Below, one piece after another: positions 25,010 through 38,023 of a DNA stretch of 64,000 nt. The position numbers and the translations under genes were made by a program. The notes beneath the pieces were generated by a model. That model was not told where the DNA came from. It saw only the letters and a list, made by a program, of their open reading frames with translations, and did not search any database. Where the stretch lies: the NCBI GenBank assembly GCA_965112155.1, contig OZ218098.1; one strand, 5' to 3'. The DNA comes from Podarcis liolepis. Its lineage: Eukaryota. Every line of letters starts with the position of its first letter. Within the stretch, counting starts at the first letter, position 1.

Positions 25010-27340
25010 CTGCATCAAGAACATGCTACTTTCTTTGATGTACTGTCTTATTGGAAACCTAATTTGCTTTCAACCTCGGAGACAACACATAGCATAAGTT
25101 TGTGTGACTAATTTTCTTGGAAATGTGAGTAATTAGAAATAAGGGACCATCTCCCTAAGCCAGGGAATGGACAGTGTTTCAAATTCAGAATAAATGTTTG
25201 CACTGCGAGTTATTTCCTCTCCTCCTTTGAGCTGTCTGCTACAAAAGAGAACTAGAGAAAGAGAGAGAGACGCATGCAAGGCTCTGTGCAGGCAAGGAGA
25301 AGAAAGAACATCGGCCCCCGTGTAAACGGCGAACTACTACAGCGAAGTACACAAAGGTTTATTACCTGAGGTGAGCACTCCCGGGGCTCCCGGAGTATAA
25401 AAGCATTAGGCGTATGTTCTGAGCGAGTAATAAAAATCAATAAACAGGAACCCCCCACCTGTGCTATGGCCCCAGTGTTAGGTTTTATACATGTAGTAAT
25501 ACTGCATATCGGTTTTCACCCACCCTTCTCGTTCTAGCCTATTCCAAGACCTACGGCCACCGGAGGGATTGCTGGAGCAACACCATTCATTCCTCGGAGT
25601 TGTCTAGATGCCAGCTCCATTGCATCATTGTCAGTTTTATTCTATCTACAACTGGACAAGGCGGCAGCCCCGGCTCCTATCCACCCACTCAGCACTGCAA
25701 CAATTGGAAACTGTGTTCTGCTGCTTAAAGAGTTTACAAGCCCTCTGAAAGAAAACAGAACAGTTGCATATTAATGCGTGCGACAAGCCCCCTGAAAGAT
25801 CACATAATAGAGAGCCGGGGGAAAAACCAGGCTGGGGGTGGGGTGGAGGGTTGCGGGAGTTGAAGGGGGGGGAGTGCAATGAATATGTGATGCTGTCCAG
25901 CTGCTATGGAGTGCATCTCAGCCCGTTATGTTTTAAAATAAATTCACGATAAACATCGATATTCCAAATGTATCGAGTTTCTGCAGCAACTGGGCTCTCT
26001 AATTGCTATGAAGTATAGCTAGCACAGGTCACCCGGTTGTTACACTGGTGTAGTGGTATTTGCTAAAATCAAAGTCTGCAGAGGCAGTATCTCTGCCAGG
26101 TTACAAAAATAACTACTAAATCACACTTACGTTATAATTAAAGAGAATGCCCCCAATAAGGCAGGAAAGAGTGTGAGCGTAAACCTTTGCCATATATCTT
26201 TTTGCTGTTCATTAATCTATGGAAATAAGGGTGGCAGGTTTATTTAAATACCACGGGAACCATGGAAATTAGTTACTTTTCATTTTTTTATTTAAAAAAA
26301 ATCAGGAAACGATGTTTCATCTTATGGCCTTCTGTATGTGTGTTGATTTTTTTTTTTTTAAAAAAAGAGTAAGGCTTCTAATTATGATCCAAAGATGACC
26401 ATTGCTCATTTGGGCCAGTAATGAGAAACATTTGAGTGTGGGAGCTTTGATAGTGAAATAAGCATGATCTGAGTGTAGTTTCCTTTCATGAAAGGGAAGG
26501 GGAGAGAGAGAGAGAGAGAAGCTCCAGAATGGCTATAGCTTTAATAGAGCAGAGAAAAGGAAGGCCCTTGACTGTGACCCCATTCCCCCCTCTCCAGCAA
26601 AAAAGAGAGAGAGAAAGAGAGCTTTATCTATCAGAGGTGGCCTCTGATAGGGCTCACACCACGGAAGTATCAATTGTGAGTACTTAAAGCCCCATCACTC
26701 AGGAGCATAAAAATAGAATAAAGTTGTGCAGCAAATGGGAAATTATGATATAACTCAAGTGCAGCAACAGGCAGCATGAATAACCTGAACATTCTCCAGA
26801 CTTTAGTCCTCCTCCCCCCTCCTTGCCACACAGACACCCTGCTGTCACCACCGCCTCGCTCAGCCACCACAGGCAAGGACAAATGCAAAGTGCATTTGCA
26901 GTGAGTTACTTCCACCGAGGTGTTACTATCCACAAACTTTTTCGGTGACATCTTCCGAGACAAACGTTGCGCGAAAGCTGGAGACATTTTAAGCAGCGGA
27001 AACCGAGCGAGGCAGCTGAAGTTGTGAACAGCTGGCATTCAATAGATAATTTAAGGAAAAGTGACCCTTCTGTATGATTTTTAACTAAGGAACTGTCAGG
27101 CCACATTACTTTCAATAGGGATGGCCACCGTGGAAATAACTTTATACAGGGGTATTCCATTAGTGCAGTTTTCCAAAGTGTGGCTTTTTGAAAGCTGGGG
27201 AAGTTAGCATAGCTTGTTCAGAGGGGCCGCATCCGGAAATCGCAATAGGGAAACAGGTGCTGATTTGAAATCAGTCAAGGTGCATTATTGGGGAATACAA
27301 ATCCAAGGCTGGAGATAAACGATGAATGCATAACCAAGAC
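25010..27340. promoter_or_regulatory. Cluster of putative conserved non-coding enhancer elements
   Basis: About 2.3 kb with no recognisable TE and elevated CpG retention. Motifs include GTAATAAAA (posterior HOX/CDX-like), ATAAACAGGAA (FOX:ETS-like, 25440), a GATA palindrome at 26628-26650, CGGAAGT (ETS) and homeodomain TAATT cores. Confidence 0.5.
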
Positions 27341-27649
27341 TGCCCTTTCTCAGAAGTGTGGCATTTAAAATATATCGGCATACTTATTATTATTTTTAAA
27401 AGATATTCCTGGTAAATATCCTGGCCTGCAACACCTGAGAGATATATATTTTAGGACTCACCCCGTTCCCTTGACTTTCATTTTTTAAAAACTGTTTTGA
27501 TATTGTATTTTAAAATTATTGTAAGCTACCCTTGGTGGGAAATAAATCTAAATTTAAAAATGATAACAGCTATGTTATTCCATGTTAAAATGCAAAGCCT
27601 TCTTGTTAAGATATGTAACCAAAGGGAAAGGGGGAAAGGATGAGAATAA

Positions 27650-27652
<3 letters not shown>

Positions 27653-27707
<55 letters not shown>
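27653..27707. repeat. (GA)n microsatellite
   Basis: Direct reading. Confidence 0.95.
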
Positions 27708-27710
<3 letters not shown>

Positions 27711-28148
27711 CAAGTACAGCCACGTTATGCTACACATAGTTCAGGTTCCAATCTGGTGTTCTAACAGCCACCCTAAAGCCTAGTGTTGCTAGATGTCATG
27801 TTATCATCATAAGGTTGACAACATGACCACTGTTTCATGACTTGGCAACTTCCGTTACTCTCAGTGCTGCCCTTTTCTTACATTGATGCAGACACCTTGC
27901 ACAGGCTTAAAGTAAATACTTTTAGAAATTATTTAGCAGCTTTGGAGTAGAACCCAGACATACTTAAGCCACATGCTCATAGAGCTACATTTGATTTATG
28001 TCAGATAAGTTACTGAGATGGGCTTTACATTGTCCCTCAAAGGGAACCCTTTGGGCGTGCTGTTTCATCTGTGTGGGGCTGGACAGGGGACATGAAGTGA
28101 GATCTGGACTACTTGACCTTTTCCTTCTAATAAGTCCTGACCAGGCTG

Positions 28149-28348
28149 NNNNNNNNNNNNNNNNNNNNNNNNNNNNNNNNNNNNNNNNNNNNNNNNNNNN
28201 NNNNNNNNNNNNNNNNNNNNNNNNNNNNNNNNNNNNNNNNNNNNNNNNNNNNNNNNNNNNNNNNNNNNNNNNNNNNNNNNNNNNNNNNNNNNNNNNNNNN
28301 NNNNNNNNNNNNNNNNNNNNNNNNNNNNNNNNNNNNNNNNNNNNNNNN
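28149..28348. other. N-run (200 nt)
   Basis: Direct reading. Confidence 0.99.
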
Positions 28349-28369
28349 TAACAAATTGTACACCTCAGC

Positions 28370-28452
<83 letters not shown>
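28370..28452. repeat. Compound (TA)n(TG)n(AG)n microsatellite
   Basis: Direct reading. Confidence 0.95.
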
Positions 28453-28455
<3 letters not shown>

Positions 28456-28989
28456 AATACAAGATGCAACAATAATAAAACAACCATTACAGTCATACCA
28501 AGCAAAATGGGCTAAACCAAAATGAATCAAAAAGACAGCCACAACATAAAACAAAAAGGAATAACTGGAATAACTTTAGCCCTGTTCAGCGGTCCAATTG
28601 CCTCAAAACCCTTTTTAATCACACAGACAGTCCGCACAAGTAGAATCAGCTCTAGACTCCTTAAACTCATGGAGGGTTCTCAGCTGGGTACAGATGATAT
28701 ATTGGAAAGGGCACAATTCTGCACCATGCACTCATTTCTCCTCATATGTTTGCTTATACATAAGGAGACCAAATGCCCAATAGGGCTACTGTCTTTGCTA
28801 CTGGGTAAAAGTGAGCAGAGATTGTGTCAGGAAGATGTCTCTTGGAAGGCTTTGAAATTTTGGGCATCACAGATGGCAGGTGGGGTGGGGTGGGGTGGAG
28901 GGACAGCACCCCTGTGTCAGCTATTGTACTTGTACACAATATTTTTGGCGGTGGAGAAAAAAATATTTTTGCACATGCAGGACCTTGGG

Positions 28990-29260
28990 ATATTTTTGTT
29001 TCATGCCATTTTGGACTTTAAAAGTGAAAAACATGATCTTGAAATGATCCTGGAAGCAAACTGGCAACCAATATACCTGTTGCAAAATCAATGTGATATG
29101 ATGTGAAAGACTTGCTTCAGTCAGAACCCTGGCAGCTATATTCTGAAATGAATAAAGCTTCTGGACTGTCTTCAAGGATAGCCCAAAATAAAGTACACGA
29201 CAGTAGTCTAATCTGGAGTTACTGGAGCGTTAGAGACTTTAAGCATAGAAGTAGCAAGGT
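28990..29260 (-). mobile_element. L2 LINE ORF2 C-terminal fragment
   Basis: ORF 28921-29175 (-) reads KTVQKLYSFQNIAARVLT..SHHITLILQQVYWLPVCFQDHFKIMFFTFKVQNG. This is the L2 LQ.VQNAAAR...HITP.L..LHWLPV..R..FK motif. Confidence 0.88.
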
Positions 29261-31505
29261 CTTACCAAAACAAATGTATGCAGAAGGCTTACCAAATTCA
29301 AGGGACTTTACTTCCTAGCCAGGATGCTCAGAAACATACATTTACATGCACCAGATCAAATTCCCTTCACATATAAGCTGCCACAGAGATACTACTGTAG
29401 TCTCTTTACAGACGATAATGTAGGACATTTTAGACAAGTCCTCTCCTAACTGTTAACATGAGAGAAGTCAGGGTTAACCCTTGACTTCCAATCTGTTATG
29501 ATGGCTAGGCCACATTTTGATGTATTTGCTGTATATACCTAAAAGCCTGAATCTGGCAACCATAATACTTTTCATGTGAAACAATCCTATTGAATCAACA
29601 GGTATACTGGCACTGATTTACATTAGTCAATGTGACTGAAAATAGGTAACTCCTGCCCCAAGACAGGATATCATTTAAAGAAATAAAGATTTATACTAAT
29701 AGTGACAACCCTGTAAATCAAAGTCAACTAATTTGACAACAAAGCTGAGACTTATAGGTATCATAGAATGGCCTTTACTAAACACTATATTACAAGCAAT
29801 CATTAGCCCAGCTATAAAAAGCTTTAAATACTAATGCATTTTTTAAAATTTTCTCTTATATCCTAAACAAGTAATCAATGCACATTAATAAACATAATTG
29901 TTTTTTTGGCATTTGTCCATTCAGTTGGTTCACTTTGTCAGCTCCAGCAAACACATCGGTAAAATTCAGTAACCACAACACACAAGGAGGGAACACCATC
30001 AATGCCTTCTGCAATATTGCATAATGTATTGAATTACTCAGCTGATCCCACTGTTGGCAGATGGAAACCTCTGAGGTTTGCCATATTGTTTTCTCATGCC
30101 ATGCGTGTTTGGAGCAATGCTTGTGATGCCTCGTGGCTGATTCACACAACCAAAATCAGCTGGCTTCAAAATTCTAAGCATACCAAGATCCCTGAATTTT
30201 CGAGTGCATTTTCCTGCATCTCCCAGATAGCCAATGGCTGTGTGAAGAGGCTTCTAATCTGCAAATGTTATTCTAGTCTCAAGTACCCATGGGGAGGGGG
30301 AGATGAATGAAGTTGCCTTTGATAAGGTGAGTTGACAAGATAAGCCAGAGAGTTGCTTTTTAAAAGCAAATATGTACAGAGTCAATGAATACTGTCGTTA
30401 TACCAAGTCCTACGAAGTAATCATCAGTGCCTGGTCACTTGTAAACACTTCCTTTAGTTTTTTGTTATCTTTTGCCAAAGGATTATAATTAGCAGGATTT
30501 TTTTGTGCTTCATCTTCTAGTCAGTACACCAGTTCCACCTATTCCTATTCACACTAGGTGGTAAATCCTGTATCAGGACTACACTACGGCACCACATACC
30601 AACCTAGCATCTTCTAAGGCACCCATCTCTCTGACACACTAGTTGTCAATGTAGTGGAATATTCTTTTAATGAATTAGCAATCCATCGTGTGAATCCCCA
30701 CTGGAGTGATCCACCGAAGACAGAGTAGGGGCAATGAGGCCTGAGTGGCTAAGTTCCAAGCAAGATCATGTAGTGGCCTTTATGTCACTGCCTTGCTGTT
30801 TGCTAAGGGTTTCCTAGCATTCACTCATAGGTAGGCTGTAGGATTTGCCTCAGGAATTGCAGCACTGTGAGGTCACATCCACACCTTACATTTAAGGCCC
30901 ATGGCTTCCACCAAAGAATGCCGGGAACTGTAGTTTGAAATCTGACCATCTAAAAATATACTTTTTAGACTGAAGAGGCGATGCATCAGAGAAGACCCTT
31001 AAAAGAACAGCTTACTGGTGGCTCTCATATCGCCAGCTTCTGTACTAGTGACCCGAGAAACCCCCAAAATGAAAGTAAGCTACTCAAGAGAAACTAGGCA
31101 GATCAGTAATTCCTCCTGACACTACTCTTTGTTGAGTCTCAAGGTAACAGTAAAAAATTTACTTCTAACTGGTCAGTTGACTCTACAGAAGGAAACAAAA
31201 GGAAGAAAGGTCCAGTGACAGAAATGGAAACTTCCTATGCAAAACGCTTTGTCACATGAAGGAAATATATTGCAATTACTGAAATATGAGTAGCATAGGG
31301 AGGCCAAAATGGTATCTTCCTTTGATGTGCCAAAAAATACGTGAAAATGTGAATAAAAGGTAACTTATTCAGTGTCAGTCTTACATATTTATAGTTTAAA
31401 AATTAGTCAAAGTTTATGTCCTGAGGTTGCACCTACAGGAAGCCAGATGTGTGCCTTCTGCATGTGACCTAAGACAGGCCTGAAGCAAAAACTAGATAAT
31501 TTCTC

Positions 31506-31797
31506 NNNNNNNNNNNNNNNNNNNNNNNNNNNNNNNNNNNNNNNNNNNNNNNNNNNNNNNNNNNNNNNNNNNNNNNNNNNNNNNNNNNNNNNNNNNNNNN
31601 NNNNNNNNNNNNNNNNNNNNNNNNNNNNNNNNNNNNNNNNNNNNNNNNNNNNNNNNNNNNNNNNNNNNNNNNNNNNNNNNNNNNNNNNNNNNNNNNNNNN
31701 NNNNNNNNNNNNNNNNNNNNNNNNNNNNNNNNNNNNNNNNNNNNNNNNNNNNNNNNNNNNNNNNNNNNNNNNNNNNNNNNNNNNNNNNNNNNNNNNN
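31506..31797. other. N-run (292 nt)
   Basis: Direct reading. Confidence 0.99.
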
Positions 31798-32189
31798 TAA
31801 CTATCAGCATGCCAGCTTACTGAATTTAGCTGTAAGACAGTTATTCCCTCTACTGTGCTCCCCCCACCCCTTTTTATTCCAAGAAAAAGAAACCCTAGCG
31901 TTTCAAACCTCCCAAGTTTTAAAATTAAAGGTAATAAAGGAGGGGAAGAGGTGGAGCAAAACTGGAAAGTTTCATGAGATGGTGGTGCACAGAACCTTTC
32001 AAACTGCAGCAAAACAACAACAAAAAACCCTCACAAAAAAGTCCCTATGTTTTAGGTCTGTTGCGACACAAATGTGTCTGTAGTGTGTGTGTGTTTGTTT
32101 GTTTGTTTGTTTGTGTGTGTGTGTGTCCCCTCTCTCTGAATACACACTTGTTGGCATCTGCACACTTCTATACACTCAGAATGCCCCGA

Positions 32190-32760
32190 ACACAATTATT
32201 CTTATTTAGCATTCGTCCAGCTCCTGACTTCGCTCGCACGCTGAATCTTCCCCTTCACAACTGTCGCCTGATAATCAAGCCAGTGCTGTATTAATAAGCT
32301 GTATAATAAGGGAATTTCAGAAATGTACAGGACTATTATACCGTAACAATAAAACCTCAAACTGAGTAAACCAGAGCGGCGTTGAAGGTAGGCGTTTGGA
32401 AAAGAATGAAACCAGTGTTACAGTAATGCCCTCCATTGTATGCCAGTGTAAATGCCTGCTTCTTTCATACACAGAAGCCACATTACATGAGTCCGAAATG
32501 TTCTCAGAGCATCACTGTGACTGGTTGTGATAGAACCTGGCACGGGCAAGCACTGAAAGCTGACATTATACTGTAGGATGTGCTGCAGGTGTGCGGGCCT
32601 GCGAACGTGCTCTAATTACATATTTTCCTGCAGAGCAACAATTAAGGTCGCCAAAATAATTGCCAGTTTCTTAATCCCTCTCTAACAAGACTGACATAAG
32701 GAACGGTTTATTTTTCTCTGGTTATTTGGAAAGCATTCCTCAAGATTTTGGTTCTTCCAT
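32190..32760. promoter_or_regulatory. Putative conserved non-coding element
   Basis: TE-free and CpG-retaining, with TGATAA, CAATAAAA, CAGGTG, CTAATTA and CAATTA motifs. Confidence 0.4.
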
Positions 32761-33214
32761 CACGCTTCATCAAAACCTAATTCTTAGGTTCCAGTGTGTG
32801 ATTATACCCATTGTTGTTGTTTTTCCTCCCTCTTAAAGCCTCTGTGAATTCGATTGTAACTAAAATTGTGTAGAAAAATGGGCAGTGCTTCACACAGCAC
32901 ACTGTTCTAACATTTCATCTGGTTTTAAAAAAGGGGGGTGCATATTTGCCTCTTGTACGTTAGATAATCTGATCCACACTTCCAACAACCTTATTACAAC
33001 TTAGAAAGATTTTTTTTGGATCTGGCATTTGCACATCGAATATTCAAGAATGCCCAGGACCTGGCCTGAACCTCTCTGTTTCAAACAAATTTTGTCAAGA
33101 CTGTTAGCCATATTCCTTGCAACTATTAAGTTTTCTCTGTGCGGTGGCTGTTTATTTCTTCAAGTTCCTGATAACAAAAAGAAGAAGAAACATCTGAGGC
33201 AAAAAAAAGCATGT

Positions 33215-33703
33215 GCTCAGTTGCTTATAGTTCCAAACGGCATTGGGTTACTATATATTACAGGGCCGGATTTAATGTTTTGAAACTAGTATTTAAAGCA
33301 CACAAAGGCTTAGGATTGAAATACATGAAAGAGTGCTTTTTCCAATATTTACTAGCCTGTGCCTTGTTGGGGTCCTACCTTTTGCTAGAGGTATGTTTTG
33401 CAATTACTTAGGACAGGGCTTTCTCCGCAGTGGCTCCCTGACTGTGGAACTGCCTCCCTTTGGCAGTTCAATCATCCCCATCATTGGCAATCTTTCAGCA
33501 TCAGCTGGAGGCACTTTTACTCAGTCAGTCTGAGTATTAATGGGGGCCATGTCAGACATCAAAATGCTACAGAATTATTAAGCTGTTTATTGTACATAAT
33601 GTGTTGATTCTGATTTTACAATTTTTTGCTGTAGCTTATGGATTCTTTATTGTGATCTGTTTGGACAAAGGATAGCATAGAAATAAAAATAATAAATAAA
33701 AAT
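33215..33703 (+). mobile_element. L2 LINE 3' fragment
   Basis: Reads RHWVTIYYRAGFNVLKLVFKAHKGLGLKYMKE (degenerate HWLP..R..FK.L...KALNGLGP.YL), then ..CTGTGGAACTGCCTCCC.. and an A-rich TAAA tail. Confidence 0.8.
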
Positions 33704-33729
33704 GTTTGTGGTCCCCGAACTTCACACCC

Positions 33730-34358
33730 TGCTACAGATCACATGAAAATGGCTGATGGTCTTGATCAGGGATAGGCAACCTAAGGCCCGTGGGCCGGAT
33801 GCGGCCCAATCACCTTCTCGATCCGGCCTGCGGACGGTCTGGGAATCAGTGTGTTTTTACATGAGTAGAATGTGTGCTTTTATTTAAAATGCATCTCTTG
33901 GTTATTTGTGGGGCATAGGAATTCATTCACCCCCCCCCCCAAAAAAATATAGTCCAGTCCACCACATGGTCTGAGGGATGGTGGATCGGCCCACGGCTGA
34001 AAAATGTTGCTGACCCCTGGTCTTGATGGACCACTTATTGTTTTTTTCTGCCTGTTGTAATGTGGTGTGCTAGATTCTGTATTATTTTTAATTGGTTTTT
34101 ATTGCTTCTTTTATTTCTTACATTGCATTTTATAGCGTTGCCGTTTGAATTCCAACATAAAATGCAACAATAAATAATAAGGCGCAATATGAGAAATGAA
34201 AGAAGCAATAAAAACACAATTAAAAATCAATACGAATACTTAACATGCTGTACCCACCATTCCCCGCCTCTGCTCCCCCTTTACAGACACCCCTCAGGCC
34301 ACCTGAATGAAGCTCACAGACCACTGGTGGTCCACAGACCACAGTTTGGTAACCTCTT
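33730..34358. mobile_element. hAT-type element (family of 9264-9625, reversed) split by a younger MITE
   Basis: Ends CCACAGACCACAGTTTGGTAACCTCTT. Removing the insert restores collinearity with the reverse complement of about 9545-9607. Confidence 0.75.
33767..34019. mobile_element. hAT MITE (family of 7150-7474) with perfect TSD
   Basis: CAGGGATAGGCAAC ... GTTGCTGACCCCTG flanked by GTCTTGAT/GTCTTGAT. Confidence 0.95.
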
Positions 34359-34466
34359 CTCTATAGGGTCGCTGTGGCATCTGTTAAATTTGAAGTAAGT
34401 GGTAACCCAAACACAGATTCACTACTGATGCTAGTGGATACCGACACGTATACCAACTGAGCCTAA

Positions 34467-34754
34467 GAGCTTGTCCATTCTCCCATTTGTGCCGTGCCTA
34501 GCAAGCATGGTTAGAGCCATGTTGTGCTGGACCCATACTTTCTAAGCATGGGCCTGAGTGGTTTTCCCCTTGCCCCGCTCCTTTATAAGGCAAGACCTAC
34601 TCTTCAGCGATAGATCAGAACAAATGTCAATCTGGGGGAACCCTGAGTTGCCGTTTGCTCCGATTGAGCACTAAAGAGCATTTTCCCCAGGGGAAAGCAT
34701 TGAGCACTAAAGAGCATTTTCCCCAGGGAAACAAGAGGGAGTGTGGATAAGCCC
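34467..34754. mobile_element. PIF/Harbinger MITE with internal 36-bp direct duplication
   Basis: TAA|GAGCTTGTCCA ... TGGATAAGCCC|TAA (TAA TSD). ATTGAGCACTAAAGAGCATTTTCCCCAGGG occurs at 34663 and again at 34699. Confidence 0.8.
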
Positions 34755-34891
34755 TAAAAGAGGCTCTTGGTGCTGGCACCGACTCTCATATTGTCATTTA
34801 GTAAAGCAGTCAGAAAAAGTTATATGAATCAGGCCAACTTCACCCACATCAAATTGCCTCTCAGAAAAGGTGAGCTTGTAAGAGTACTGAC

Positions 34892-35059
34892 CAGTGGTGT
34901 AGCATGGGGGATGCAGGGGGGCCCGGCCGCACCAGGCACAACATCTGGGGGGGGCCGCACTCGCACTCGCAGCTCTCTGCCCCCTGCTAAAATCCACGGG
35001 TTAGGGGGCGCAAATTACTTGCCTTGCCCCGGGTGCTGACAACCCACGCTACGCCACTG
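34892..35059. mobile_element. GC-rich hAT MITE
   Basis: TIRs CAGTGGTGTAGCATGGG / CCCACGCTACGCCACTG, TSD GTACTGAC/ATACTGAC. Confidence 0.9.
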
Positions 35060-37786
35060 ATACTGACTCCTGAAGATGAGACTGTGTGACTCCAAAGCCC
35101 ATTGGAAGCTAGAAACAGTCTTTGCATTAGGTCTTTGACAACATAGCTCAAGATCTGGAACATCGTTGCATTTCTTTATGTCAGGTCTTATTGGGCTACT
35201 TCCCACACTAATTACTTTCCCTCAGAGATGCTTAAAGTGTGCAACTGAAAATGTAGAGTGCGAATGTGGCAAACACATGTTTGCAAATATGTGAATCACA
35301 CACATATACTCATTCAGGAATCCTGACTGGCTGTGTCTCCCTTTTGAGTTATGCTCTGTGGAACATGCCTTTATCAGAATGAACTGCATCTGTTCCAAGC
35401 ATACAACCAGGTGATGGAGGTGAGACTAAGGTGAGGTGATCTGTGTCAACTTCTGCCCAGCAATTCAGGTTCACAGCACCGTCACTTCCTCTTTGGGTCA
35501 AATCAGTCAACCCTTTTTTAAAAGTCTTATTTTCAAGTCTACTTGACTTTTTCTTTTTCTTTTTTTGGGACCCTCGGCTGAATTTGCACATGTTGACTGA
35601 ACACACGCACAGAGATTTGCAGAGCAAATTAAATCTCTTGTTCGGATTCCTGATCAGAGAAGCTCTCATTAGAATTTCTTCAAATTAAACAGTGTACAAG
35701 TAAGAATGCGATGCGTTCTAAACAAAGGCCCTTCTGAGGAACTGGAGGAAACAAGTACAGTACTGAAATGGAGCCATTATTTGCCATGAATCTCACCACC
35801 CCACCCATTAACCCATAATGACAAAAAAACCAAGGCCCTAAAGGGATAATTTGAGCTAGCTTTTAGATGAAGGGCAAGGAAGATGACGAAGGACTGTGGA
35901 TGGGGGTGGGGAGAGAATGTCACATTTATAGCGCAATCTAATGCACATCTACTCAGATGTACATAACACTGAGTTCAATGAGGCTTATGCCCAAGTAAGT
36001 GTGACTGCCAATATGGGTCCCTCCAGATGTTGGACTCCCATCAGCTCAGGAGATGATACTGGAATGGTAGTCACCAATGTACGGTATATGATTGTAGGCC
36101 TATTTCCTTAATCTAGTACTAGAACAATTGACAAGCTCCCAGATAGGCTGCTGTGTCACCAGTAGGAGGAATAGTTCTGTGAGTATCTAAAATAATTGGA
36201 GGACTTCCTAGGTGTTGCATTCTATGGACCGAAATCTTTAACCTGAGTCGGCATGCGATTTTGATTGCTCATGGAAAGGAGATCTATCATAACCAAATTG
36301 TAAAGCTTTTCTTTTCCAAAGAGAACCTGGTTCCGAACATAACAACTGAGCAAGTATGAAGGCATGGGGACAGTTGACGCGACTGAGACAAGGCACAGCA
36401 AAATCTTGCTTTATGCCAGAAGTAGATTTGCTTGATGTGCAAAATAATATTCAAATATCAGAACATATGAGCATTAAGCGAAAGAAGTCAAACTTGCTTG
36501 GGTAATTGTTGGCAACTAGAAAACTTTGCTCTGAGCACATTGAAAGCGAACTGTTACAGTCCAATTGCCAGTTTTAATCCCAGTGATTTAGGCAGGCACT
36601 GCCCGTCAGCATTACATATTTAACAAGAAGTTGTGATTATAAACCTCTGCTTAGTAGTGCAGGTAAAAGTCCGCTTTTGGAATACATGCTTCACCCACAA
36701 AGCCATCAAACGAGCTCCTTTGATTCATAGCACATATTGACAATTTTTCTACTCTATTTACTTTTCCTCGCCTATATGCCACCCTTCATTTTCACCTGTA
36801 CGTTCACCCTTTTCCCAGAGCTACGCAAAGCTGCTAGTCGTCTGCTTTCTTCCTTTAGCTTTCTGCTTCATGTGAAGAATCAACAGAGATGAACATTTTC
36901 TAGCCATTCCAAAAAATATATCAAAAAGTTCTTTGATTTTTTTGCCGTTCCACCCCTGGCATCTGACAACATTAATAGAAATCTTGGGGGTTAGAAACAA
37001 AAAGAACATAGCACATCGTTTGCCTTTTTAAAATAAAATAAGATAGTTTGCTTGGGTAATATTTAAAAGTGCAAGGAAAGAAACTAATGAAGCCGTCTGG
37101 TAGCTGAAAGCAAGGATCTGCTTTAGTGTGTCCCCATCACTTCTCCTCCCTTTCCCCTGCCCAAAGTTGAGTGTTTCAAATCAAGTTCCTAAAATGATGT
37201 AATCTAGCTTGACAAAAACTACTGAATCTTCTGAAGTGCTGAGCCCTCCAGTCTCATAGAAGTTAATAGGGAATTTGGCTTCTAAAGAGTTCAGATGTTC
37301 TGCCATTTTTATCAGCGTGCCCCTAGGCATCAGTAAATTATGAAAAAACTAAGCCCAAATATATACCTTTAGTCTTCTCACATTTGTGTGGGGTATGGAA
37401 CTATAATGCAATATTGGGATGCACACATTTCTTTTTAACAGTGGAGGGTTAAAAATTGTGTTGGATAAGTGCTTTCATTAAAGCTAATAAGCAGCATTTA
37501 TCTCTCTGCATTAAAATGGTGGATTAAAAATCATTCATCTATCAGATCCTCCCATGAAATACACACAAAAGTTTTAAAGGAATTTTAAAAAGCAGGTATT
37601 AATTAAAACCCATGCTCAGAGATGAAAAATATTAAGAAAATTAGTGACTGAAAATCCAATATAGAAAATATGGAGGTTTTTTGGGGGGTGGGGGTGGGGA
37701 ATCACATGAGAATGATCCAGCCAGCATAACTCTGCAGATGATCAAAGCTAATCTTGAGTACAATTATTATTTTTATCAGTTCACCT

Positions 37787-38023
37787 NNNNNNNNNNNNNN
37801 NNNNNNNNNNNNNNNNNNNNNNNNNNNNNNNNNNNNNNNNNNNNNNNNNNNNNNNNNNNNNNNNNNNNNNNNNNNNNNNNNNNNNNNNNNNNNNNNNNNN
37901 NNNNNNNNNNNNNNNNNNNNNNNNNNNNNNNNNNNNNNNNNNNNNNNNNNNNNNNNNNNNNNNNNNNNNNNNNNNNNNNNNNNNNNNNNNNNNNNNNNNN
38001 NNNNNNNNNNNNNNNNNNNNNNN
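37787..38023. other. N-run (237 nt)
   Basis: Direct reading. Confidence 0.99.

Noticed and set aside
28522-29106. Longest N-free ORF (194 aa, + strand)
   Set aside because: No recognisable domain. Its 3' part is the antisense strand of a decayed L2, and there is no splice or codon evidence.
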